Shown in pieces: positions 57,468 to 64,000 of a DNA stretch of 64,000 nucleotides (its first letter is position 1; each line of letters begins with the position of its first letter). The notes beneath the pieces are model-generated. The model was not told the origin of the DNA and did not search any database. It was given only the letters and a program-made list of their open reading frames with translations. The stretch spans positions 1,760,178 to 1,824,177 of the forward strand of contig CAVRNO010000002.1 in the NCBI GenBank assembly GCA_963722605.1, written 5' to 3'. The stretch is from Candidatus Binataceae bacterium. GTDB taxonomy: Bacteria > Desulfobacterota > Binatia > Binatales > Binataceae. Made by a program: the position numbers and the translations under genes.

Positions 57468-57981
57468 CTAGGGCTTTGCGAGCATTTCGAAGTAGGAGAC
57501 GCCGATCAGATCGGCGTGCGTGACTCCAAGCGCCGCCAGGGTTTCATCGACCGCGCCGCGGCTGCTTTCGGGATCGTCACCGTCGGCGATCACCGCCTCG
57601 ATCTCGCCGAACTCTCCCAGATCCCGCGACCCGATCGAGATGGAGGCGGAGGTTGCCGCGCGTCATCAGGGTTCGCACTTTTTCGACCACGGCAATCGCG
57701 CCGAGCGCATCATCCAGAACTCGCAGCATCCGCGCCGGGCCGGCGACCGGCGCGATCTCGTACTCGCTCAGCATCAGCGCGCCGCTTTCGCCGCTTCGTT
57801 GCCGGTAGGAGATCAGAACGGCGCTGCCGTTTTCCTCGCGCAGCTTCAGGTTGCCGTTTGCGACGCGAAAGAACGTGTCGCGCTGATTGAGTATCGCGCG
57901 CCGCCCGTATCCAAGCGCGACCGCGCGCGCCTCGGCCTCATCATGATTGAGGAGCCGAAACTTCGCTTCGAGGTTTTTCAT
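57468..57981 (-). pseudogene. CYTH-domain protein (class IV adenylate cyclase CyaB-like) with one frame change
   Basis: MKNLEAKFRL...LKLREE...LHLDRV is in the first frame. Hand translation of the next frame gives DLGEFGEIEAVIADGDDPESSRGAVDETLAALGVTHADLIGVSYFEMLAKP-stop. The shift is at the CCC/GGG run 57623-57625. The span is 514 nt (3n+1). Confidence 0.6.
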
Positions 57982-58018
57982 TTTTTCGCTTTTTCGTTTT
58001 TCGTTTTTCGTTTTTTCG
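57982..58018. repeat. Heptanucleotide tandem repeat (TTTTTCG)x5, abutting the CYTH gene start codon
   Basis: tttttcg-c-tttttcg-tttttcg-tttttcg-ttttttcg. On the gene strand this reads (CGAAAAA)n directly 5' of the ATG. Confidence 0.9.
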
Positions 58019-58101
58019 TTGATCGTGACCGTCTTGGCGGGGAAAACTTGACAGCTCGGGAAGCCTGCGCATAGGCTCCCACGACTTCGCACGGCGTTCA
58101 T

Positions 58102-59289
58102 TTGAGTATTTTACCGGAAACCAATCTTGACGATGCGAAACTGCTCGAGGCCGGCTTCGACCCCGCGCTCGCGCCTGCCGACGCGATCGCGAAGCTGCGC
58201 GCGCTCAAGGGCATGGCCGGGATCGCGGACGGTGCAATTGCGCGCGCGCTCGGCAGGATCGCAGACCCCGGCGCCGCGGCGATGCTCGCCGAGATGGAAG
58301 CCGGCGCGGCCGGCGCTCTCAGGCGGGAAATCCGCCGCGCGCTGTACAAGCTGAAGCATCACGGTATCAACGCACCCGCCGCGACCGCTGTTTCAGTGGC
58401 AAGCGCTCCACGTGCCGCCGCCGCTGAAAAAAGTGAAAAAACCGCGATGCTCTCGCCGATCGACGCCGAGGGCGCGCGTATCGTCTGGATCGTGAAGCCG
58501 CGCGTGCAGGGCGGCGTGATCCGGATGTGGGCGCTCATCTCCGAGCGCGAGGGCCTGGTCGGTGCGCAGAACACGAGCCTGTCGCGGCGGGAGCTTAAAT
58601 CCGAACGCGAGGAACTCGAGCATCGCGCGCAGGTCAAGCTGGTTGACGCCGACTGGCGCGTCGCCGACTTTATCGCGTGCGAGGCCTGGCGCAACACGCC
58701 CGAGTCGCGCCGCGGCCAAGTCGGAAACTTTCTCACGCTCCGCTCCGAGTTGATCGCATCGCCGCCGCCGACTGAACTGCTTCATCCCGTCTATGCCGAG
58801 CTTGCGGCAGAGGCGGCGGGCGAGCCGCCGGCCGAGTTGCTCAAGGAACCGGAAATTCTCGAATGGCGGATGCCTGACGCAATGCTCAAACCCTACGTCG
58901 AGGAGATTGCGCGCGCCGGCGAAAGCGTGATCGTCTTGAATCCTTTGCACAAGCAGGAGCGCGTGAATGCCGTGATCAATCGCGCGACTATGGAACTGCT
59001 GAGCGGCGACAACGGCCGGCGGGTCCGGCGGCGGCTCGAGGATATCGCGTACTACATGGCGCGGGCTGGACGCCGCACGCAGGCGGGATGGGCGGCGGCG
59101 GCCGCGGCGCGGCTGCGCGACGGAATTGACGTGACCAAGGTGCTTTTCTTTCAGGGCTTCATCCGCACCCAGCTCGGCACGGTCGCGGCGGCCGAGCAGC
59201 AGAAGGCCGAACAGGAGCCGCGGCTGATCATGACTCCGGCCGAGGCGATGCGCGCGCGCGAAGCTGAAGCCTCAAGGGGCCGGCGCTAG
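58102..59289 (+). CDS. Hypothetical protein, 395 aa, Ala/Arg-rich
   Basis: Long ORF with coding-like composition and a TTG start. No motif was recognised. Confidence 0.4.
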   Translation: MSILPETNLDDAKLLEAGFDPALAPADAIAKLRALKGMAGIADGAIARALGRIADPGAAAMLAEMEAGAAGALRREIRRALYKLKHHGINAPAATAVSVASAPRAAAAEKSEKTAMLSPIDAEGARIVWIVKPRVQGGVIRMWALISEREGLVGAQNTSLSRRELKSEREELEHRAQVKLVDADWRVADFIACEAWRNTPESRRGQVGNFLTLRSELIASPPPTELLHPVYAELAAEAAGEPPAELLKEPEILEWRMPDAMLKPYVEEIARAGESVIVLNPLHKQERVNAVINRATMELLSGDNGRRVRRRLEDIAYYMARAGRRTQAGWAAAAAARLRDGIDVTKVLFFQGFIRTQLGTVAAAEQQKAEQEPRLIMTPAEAMRAREAEASRGRR

Positions 59290-59486
59290 GCGCGCATCCC
59301 TGCCATCACGCCCTCGATTGGCCTGGATATCGCTGCGCGCGCTAATCGCAATCCCTTCCAGGTAATTATCAACTCACGGTTAAACCGCTTGCCGGGGGAG
59401 GCCGATTGGTCTACAAGGCGAGTTGGAGCCGGAGAGTTCAAAGGAAATCCCGGTTAAGGCTAAGGGACTCGGGGAGGTAAACGACT

Positions 59487-60191
59487 ATGAGCCTTTCTCG
59501 GCGTCTGGTGGCTGAATTCATTGGCACATTCTGGCTGGTGCTGGGCGGATGCGGTACCGCAGTATTGGCCGCGGGCTTCCCTCATACGGGAGTAGGCTTT
59601 GTCGGGGTGGCGCTGGCGTTCGGACTCACGCTGCTGACGATGGCGTACGCGATCGGGCATATCAGCGGCTGTCATATCAATCCGGCGGTAACCGCCGGGC
59701 TGTGCGCAGGGGGCCGCTTCCCCGCCGGCGAAGTGATCCCGTATATCGTGGCGCAAGTCTTGGGCGGGATTGTCGCCGCGGCGATCCTTTACGTAATCGC
59801 CAGCGGAGCAGAAGGGTTCAGTCTGAGCGCGGGTTTTGCGGCCAACGGCTACGGTGCGCACTCACCGGGCGGGTACTCGCTGCTTTCGTGCCTGGTATGC
59901 GAAGTGGTGATGACGCTTATCTTCCTGTTCGTGATAATGGGTGCGACCGACAAGCGCGTCCCGGCCGGGTTCGCGCCGATTCCAATCGGGCTGGTGCTGA
60001 CGCTCATTCACCTGATCAGCATTCCGGTGACAAACACGTCGGTCAACCCTGCGCGCAGCACCGGACCGGCTTTGTTTGTTGGCGGCTGGGCAATAGGACA
60101 GTTGTGGCTTTTCTGGCTGGCGCCAATTGCGGGTGGCGTGCTCGGCGGACTGCTATATCGGGGGTTGCAGTCCGAGGGGGAAAAAGTTTGA
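59487..60191 (+). CDS. aqpZ: Aquaporin Z
   Basis: Two NPA boxes ([14 protein letters not shown]), six TM helices, and an SD GGGGAGG upstream. Confidence 0.95.
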   Translation: MSLSRRLVAEFIGTFWLVLGGCGTAVLAAGFPHTGVGFVGVALAFGLTLLTMAYAIGHISGCHINPAVTAGLCAGGRFPAGEVIPYIVAQVLGGIVAAAILYVIASGAEGFSLSAGFAANGYGAHSPGGYSLLSCLVCEVVMTLIFLFVIMGATDKRVPAGFAPIPIGLVLTLIHLISIPVTNTSVNPARSTGPALFVGGWAIGQLWLFWLAPIAGGVLGGLLYRGLQSEGEKV

Positions 60192-60292
60192 GGACGCAGC
60201 GCCGCCTGTGTATCGTGCCGATACGCTCGCGCCTCATCACGCGGCGGCAAGAAACGCACGCGGCAAGATCGCTCCGACAAGGAGGATTCGCA

Positions 60293-60757
60293 ATGAAAGC
60301 TCTCATCTCATGGGCAGGTGCGCTCACTCTAGTGTGCGTCCCATCGTGCGTTTTCGCGCAAGATGCAGGCAGCACGGCGCCATCTGCGCAAGCCTCGACA
60401 GACATGGGTGCGCCGTCGGTTCCGGGCGTGCCGTCGGTTCCGGGCGTGCCGTCGGTTCCGGGCGTGCCGTCGGTTCCGGGCGTGCCGTCAGTTCCGGGCG
60501 TGCCGTCGGTTCCGGGTGTGCCGTCAGTTCCGGGCGTACCGTCGGTTCCGGGCGTGCCGTCGGTTCCGGGTGTGCCGTCAGTTCCGGGCGTGCCGTCGGT
60601 TCCGGGTGTGCCGTCAGTTCCGGGCGTACCGTCGGTTCCGGGCATGCCGTCGGCTCCGGGTATGCCGTCGGCTCCGGGCATGCCATCAGTGCCGGGCATG
60701 CCGTCGGTTCCGGGTATGCCGTCGGTGCCGGGTGCGGCGTCATCTCCGTCGAGCTGA
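60293..60757 (+). CDS. Secreted hexapeptide-repeat protein (VPSVPG)n
   Basis: SD GGAGGA at 60281-60286. Signal peptide MKALISWAGALTLVCVPSCVFA. It is followed by 18 units of APSVPG/VPSVPG/MPSAPG/MPSVPG. The longer track ORF from 59549 overlaps aqpZ out of frame. Confidence 0.6.
   Translation: MKALISWAGALTLVCVPSCVFAQDAGSTAPSAQASTDMGAPSVPGVPSVPGVPSVPGVPSVPGVPSVPGVPSVPGVPSVPGVPSVPGVPSVPGVPSVPGVPSVPGVPSVPGVPSVPGMPSAPGMPSAPGMPSVPGMPSVPGMPSVPGAASSPSS
60410..60733 (+). repeat. 18-nt tandem repeat, 18 copies (coding)
   Basis: Units gtgccgtcggttccgggc with few substitutions (g/a at the wobble position, gtg to atg, gtt to gct). The array is contiguous with no spacers. Confidence 0.9.
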
Positions 60758-60861
60758 CCGAACATTTTCTCTCGATGGATTAGCCCATCCGCTGACAAAT
60801 GGGCCCGTCGCGGCGACTAAGCAGCGGTCTGAGGATCTTTGCTATCGAGTACTGGCAGGCG

Positions 60862-61968
60862 CTAAGCGCGCCGCTCAGTTTCCCACGGCGGTCCAAACGG
60901 GCGGTTCAATGCGGGACGCGGCGGCTTGTCGTAGCTCGGCAGTATCCCGGCACGATCGGCGTAATCGGCGAAATACGAACGGATTCCCGCGCGTTCGAGA
61001 ACCGCGTCGAGTGCGGCGCTGCGAAACTTCGCATAGCGGGCAAGCAGGGTCGCGCGGGCTTCGGCGAGGAACGGCGTCACGGCGATTTCGATTCGATTCC
61101 CGCTGGCGAATGCAAGCTGCGCTTTCCCATCCACCGCCGCGCGGCTGACCCACGGCAGGTAGAAGCGGCCGAGTTCGGCCAGAATCGCAATCATCGTCTC
61201 GGGCACTCCGCCCGCCGCGATCCATTCACCGAACTCCTGATCTTCGGGCTCCATCAGGCGGTGAGTGTGCGCGACGATGGCCCGCGCGTCCTCATCTACC
61301 CATCTCCGGCAGAGCGGATCGTTAATGAAATGCGCCGCGTTGCCGCCGAAGAACGCGAAATCCGAGAGCGCCGGGCGCGCGCCAAAGAAGTACGGATGCG
61401 ACGCAAGATGCGCGCCGGTCAGGCGCAGCCACGGGCGCAAAATTTCGCCAATCCATGAGTCGATGTTGATCGCGGTGACGCCGAACGGCTCGCAGGTCGC
61501 GGTGACGTGCGCCCTGACCACCGCGTAAGCCTGGTCGCCGGGAAAATTCAACTCATGGGTGGCGTCGCGCGCCAGCTCCCATCCGCCGACGCGATGGTTT
61601 TCCTCGTGGAACCATCGCGATCCAACTGCGGGCCGATAAAACCATTCGTCGAGCGCGTCTTCGAGGATGTAGTCGATAAAGCGCAGCACCGGATCGGCGG
61701 GAAACACGCGAGGCTCGGGAAAGCGCGACTCCAGGTAATGGATCATAGCGGTCGTATCCCACATGAATTCGCCGCCGGGCGTCTTCACCACCGGCATCGC
61801 GCCGGGCCATCCAGCCGCGCGCGCGGCGGGATTTGCGCCTGCGAATCGGCGCAATAGATATGGGATAGCCTTGTAGTCGAGATACCCGGTGAGCTTGCGC
61901 GTGAAGTAGGACTGCGTCATCCCATACACGCGCCAGCTCGCGGCGCGAGGCTTGCGCTCAGACGGCAT
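60862..61968 (-). CDS. GST-like (thioredoxin-fold N-domain) protein, paralog 2
   Basis: The N-terminus WRVYGMTQSYFTRKLTGYLDYKAIPY aligns with paralog 1 YRIFGVELSPYSVKVRSYFRYKGIPH. The start at MPSERK lies 6 nt after the upstream stop. Confidence 0.55.
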   Translation of the reverse strand: MPSERKPRAASWRVYGMTQSYFTRKLTGYLDYKAIPYLLRRFAGANPAARAAGWPGAMPVVKTPGGEFMWDTTAMIHYLESRFPEPRVFPADPVLRFIDYILEDALDEWFYRPAVGSRWFHEENHRVGGWELARDATHELNFPGDQAYAVVRAHVTATCEPFGVTAINIDSWIGEILRPWLRLTGAHLASHPYFFGARPALSDFAFFGGNAAHFINDPLCRRWVDEDARAIVAHTHRLMEPEDQEFGEWIAAGGVPETMIAILAELGRFYLPWVSRAAVDGKAQLAFASGNRIEIAVTPFLAEARATLLARYAKFRSAALDAVLERAGIRSYFADYADRAGILPSYDKPPRPALNRPFGPPWETERRA

Positions 61969-61976
61969 CGCCGGCG

Positions 61977-62975
61977 CTAGCCACGCAGCCCCGCAAGACA
62001 TCCCGCACGATCGAGGACCGCGTCGATCGCGCGCTTGTCGGGGATCGCGGCGTATTTTTCGCGCAGCGCGCCCAGCGATTTGGCCTGATACTTCTGCGGC
62101 TTCTGAATCCAGGTGCGGCCGGCCAGTTCCACGCTGAATTCCTCGCGACCGGCCGCGATGGCCGCCGCGTTGGCAACCGTCCATGGCATGAAGAGCGGGC
62201 CGACCTGGCGCGCGAGCAGCGGCATCAGCGTCGGTTCGAGACTCGCCCACGTCTCGAACTCGCCTTCCGCCCGCGGCCACAGCATCCGATGGATCCACGC
62301 AAGAAGATTGGGCGTGCGCGCGCCGATGAGCGCGCCGGGCGTCGGATCGGTCCAGGCTTCGTAGAGCTGCCCCCACATCGCGAAGTCTCCAAAGGCCGGC
62401 CGTGCGCCGAAAAGATAGGCGCGGCTGGCCAGGTGGGTCTCGAGCAGCGCAATCGTCTCGCAGAATGAGTCTTCAATTTGGGGCGCGGTCTGTGCGTTCG
62501 AACCAACGAACCATAGCCGCCCGACCATCCGCTCGCGCACTTGGGCAGTCGCAGCGGAAAGCTGCTTCTCGTCCGCCGCCGGCATCATCATGCACGCGAT
62601 GCGTCCGGCGGAGCTGATCTGATCGACGTCGCGCGCCCATCGATAGTGGAACATCCACTTGTTGCCCCATTCGTCGCCAAATTCCTCCAGCAGCACCGAG
62701 ACGAAGGCGGCAACCGGATCCGACGGATGAATCGCCGGCTGCAAGTACTGAGATTCAAAGCGCTCGATTATTGGGGTCGAGTCCTGCACGCCTTCGTCAT
62801 CCGGGGTAACGACGAGCGGCACGATCGGAAGGCGGGCGTATTTCTGGTATTCGGCCTGGCTGTCGAAGTTGCGGATTATCCACTTGTGCGGGATTCCCTT
62901 GTAACGGAAATAGGAACGAACCTTGACCGAGTAAGGAGAAAGCTCAACGCCAAATATGCGGTAGGGATTAGTCAT
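61977..62975 (-). CDS. GST-like (thioredoxin-fold N-domain) protein, paralog 1
   Basis: Contains MTNPYRIFGVELSPYSVKVRSYFRYKGIPH...PIVPLVVTPDDEGVQDSTPIIERFE. The helical C-domain carries LEEFGDEW. Confidence 0.6.
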   Translation of the reverse strand: MTNPYRIFGVELSPYSVKVRSYFRYKGIPHKWIIRNFDSQAEYQKYARLPIVPLVVTPDDEGVQDSTPIIERFESQYLQPAIHPSDPVAAFVSVLLEEFGDEWGNKWMFHYRWARDVDQISSAGRIACMMMPAADEKQLSAATAQVRERMVGRLWFVGSNAQTAPQIEDSFCETIALLETHLASRAYLFGARPAFGDFAMWGQLYEAWTDPTPGALIGARTPNLLAWIHRMLWPRAEGEFETWASLEPTLMPLLARQVGPLFMPWTVANAAAIAAGREEFSVELAGRTWIQKPQKYQAKSLGALREKYAAIPDKRAIDAVLDRAGCLAGLRG

Positions 62976-63080
62976 TTGATTTATTTCCAGGCGGCGGCCT
63001 CCCTATGAGCGAGGCGACCAGCTCAGGTGCGCATATTGGCGCATCGCGCGTCAATAACTCGAAGGCCGGCGCAGCGGGAG

Positions 63081-63707
63081 TCAGAAGAGCGGGCGCTGGG
63101 CACAGGCGGCGACCGGCGAGAACGAGCGTCGATGAATCGGCGAGGGGCCGAGCCTGGCGAGCGAATCCATATGCTCGCTGGTGCAATAGCCCTTGTGTTG
63201 CGCGAAGCCGTAGCCGGGATAGATCGCGTCGAGATCGACCATCATGCGATCGCGGGTAACTTTGGCGACGATGGAGGCGGCCGCGATGCAGAAACTTTTG
63301 CGATCGCCGCCTACGATTCGGGTCTGCGGAAGTTCGAGGCCCGCAATCAGGCGGCCGTCAACCAGCACGTGGCCGGGCGCCAGATTCAATGCGGACAGCG
63401 CGCGGCGGCTCGCCGACATCGTGGCCCAATAGATATTGAGGCGATCGATTTCGTTGACTTCGGCGATGCCGACACCGACCGCGATGGCGCGGTCGCGGAT
63501 CGGCGCGAACAGAGCCTCGCGCTGTTCGTGGGTCAACTGTTTGGAATCGTGCACGCCGCTGATGAATGTTTCGGGCGCGAAGACCACCGCGGCTGCGACC
63601 ACCGGACCGGCCATCGGACCGACGCCGGCTTCGTCAACACCGGCGACGGCGTCGATGCCGAGTTTCCACAGGCGCCGTTCGTAGCGCAGGTCGGGCCGCT
63701 TGCTCAT
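63081..63707 (-). CDS. rnhB: Ribonuclease HII
   Basis: Contains VAGVDEAGVGPMAGPVVAAAVV and DSKQLT. 208 aa. Confidence 0.9.
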   Translation of the reverse strand: MSKRPDLRYERRLWKLGIDAVAGVDEAGVGPMAGPVVAAAVVFAPETFISGVHDSKQLTHEQREALFAPIRDRAIAVGVGIAEVNEIDRLNIYWATMSASRRALSALNLAPGHVLVDGRLIAGLELPQTRIVGGDRKSFCIAAASIVAKVTRDRMMVDLDAIYPGYGFAQHKGYCTSEHMDSLARLGPSPIHRRSFSPVAACAQRPLF

Positions 63708-63757
63708 CGTGATAGTTGGTGTCGGTTACTCGCCTGTTACCGGTTGCGTGCCGTCGT

Positions 63758-64000
63758 TTACGCCATCCGTTTCAGGCGCGCCTTGCGAATCGTCTCGGCG
63801 GCTTCGTCGGGAGCGCTGATGTCGTTGAGGCGGATGGCGTAGTCGGCGCTGGCGGCGGACGCGATCGTGACGTCGCCAAGTCCGATCATCCGTTGAAGGA
63901 CGCGCTTGCTGACCTCAACCGAGCGGATGTCGGCCAGTTCCATCTCGCGACGGCGCAGCGCAAGCAGCCCGCGCTTTTCGATCAAGCGGTCGGAGGTGAG
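63758..64000 (-). CDS. Bacterial PH-domain (bPH_2/YdbS-like) protein, 5' end beyond the window
   Basis: Contains LTSDRLIEKRGLLALRRREMELADIRSVEV...GLGDVTI. The frame stays open to the window edge. Confidence 0.5.
   Translation of the reverse strand, partial: LTSDRLIEKRGLLALRRREMELADIRSVEVSKRVLQRMIGLGDVTIASAASADYAIRLNDISAPDEAAETIRKARLKRMA

Noticed and set aside
51121-57630. The frame changes could be programmed ribosomal frameshifts, or methylation-linked basecalling errors at GGATC. The shift sites in the Nudix and CYTH genes both lie in GGATCT contexts.
   Set aside because: No common slippery heptamer or downstream structure is visible, and the affected genes are not families known to use recoding. 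Only two of the sites contain GGATC; the AmgK-like, MurU-like and sulfatase sites do not. The motif link is therefore unsupported.
60410-60733. Regular 18-nt repeats that might be taken for a CRISPR array.
   Set aside because: The units are contiguous with no spacers, lie in frame inside a signal-peptide ORF, and no cas genes are nearby.
1-64000. Search for tRNA, rRNA, tmRNA or riboswitch-like elements in the intergenic gaps (for example 23580-24060, 31403-31674, 45803-46358, 59290-59486).
   Set aside because: I found no T-loop (GGTTCGAATCC) or anticodon-arm-like pattern and no rRNA signature by eye. The gaps contain hairpin repeats instead. A covariance-model scan would be needed to exclude small RNAs.

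Overview
High-GC chromosomal segment from a diderm (Gram-negative-type) bacterium. I call about 58 protein-coding genes and see no rRNA, tRNA or CRISPR array. The left 15 kb is an outer-membrane and lipid A block on the + strand: bamA (5' end off-window), skp, fabZ, lpxA, lpxI, a Gfo/Idh/MocA oxidoreductase, lpxB, msbA, waaA, lpxK, a Trm112-like small ORF, a membrane glycosyltransferase and a Kdo/LPS kinase. It is interrupted by a three-gene Cys-motif/copper-type module (DUF2318-like, SCO1/SenC, CYCXC). Next come ridA, rel/spoT, gmk and yicC on the - strand and a GT4 glycosyltransferase. They are followed by a divergent pair of about 870-aa secreted proteins, one a Cys-rich expanded thaumatin-like protein and the other a multi-blade NHL propeller. 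The two share a Thr/Pro linker and a C-terminal beta-sandwich-like module and are bracketed by a 50-nt repeat. The - strand then carries GT2, an LPS kinase, a frameshifted heptosyltransferase, and nuoD, nuoC and nuoA with no nuoB. A DUF1329 gene and a frameshifted AmgK-like/MurU-like pair follow. After that comes a visibly lower-GC island with a controller protein, a BamHI-like endonuclease and a methyltransferase. A housekeeping run follows (HAD, slt, maf, yggS, proC, yggT, DUF167, FmdB zinc ribbon). A second lower-GC island carries a DUF262/DUF1524 (GmrSD-like) gene flanked by hairpin repeats. The right end holds an MDR dehydrogenase, hyuA/hyuB, Nudix genes, GT2, a lipoprotein, thiI, a sulfatase, a CYTH protein, aqpZ, a secreted (VPSVPG)n repeat protein, two GST-like paralogs, rnhB and a partial PH-domain gene. 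The most striking window-wide property is that at least six conserved genes need a single-base frame correction, which means either assembly indels or real gene decay. The best candidate for something undescribed is the divergent secreted-protein pair. All calls rest on reading motifs in the supplied translations and on hand alignment of repeats; no database search was possible.
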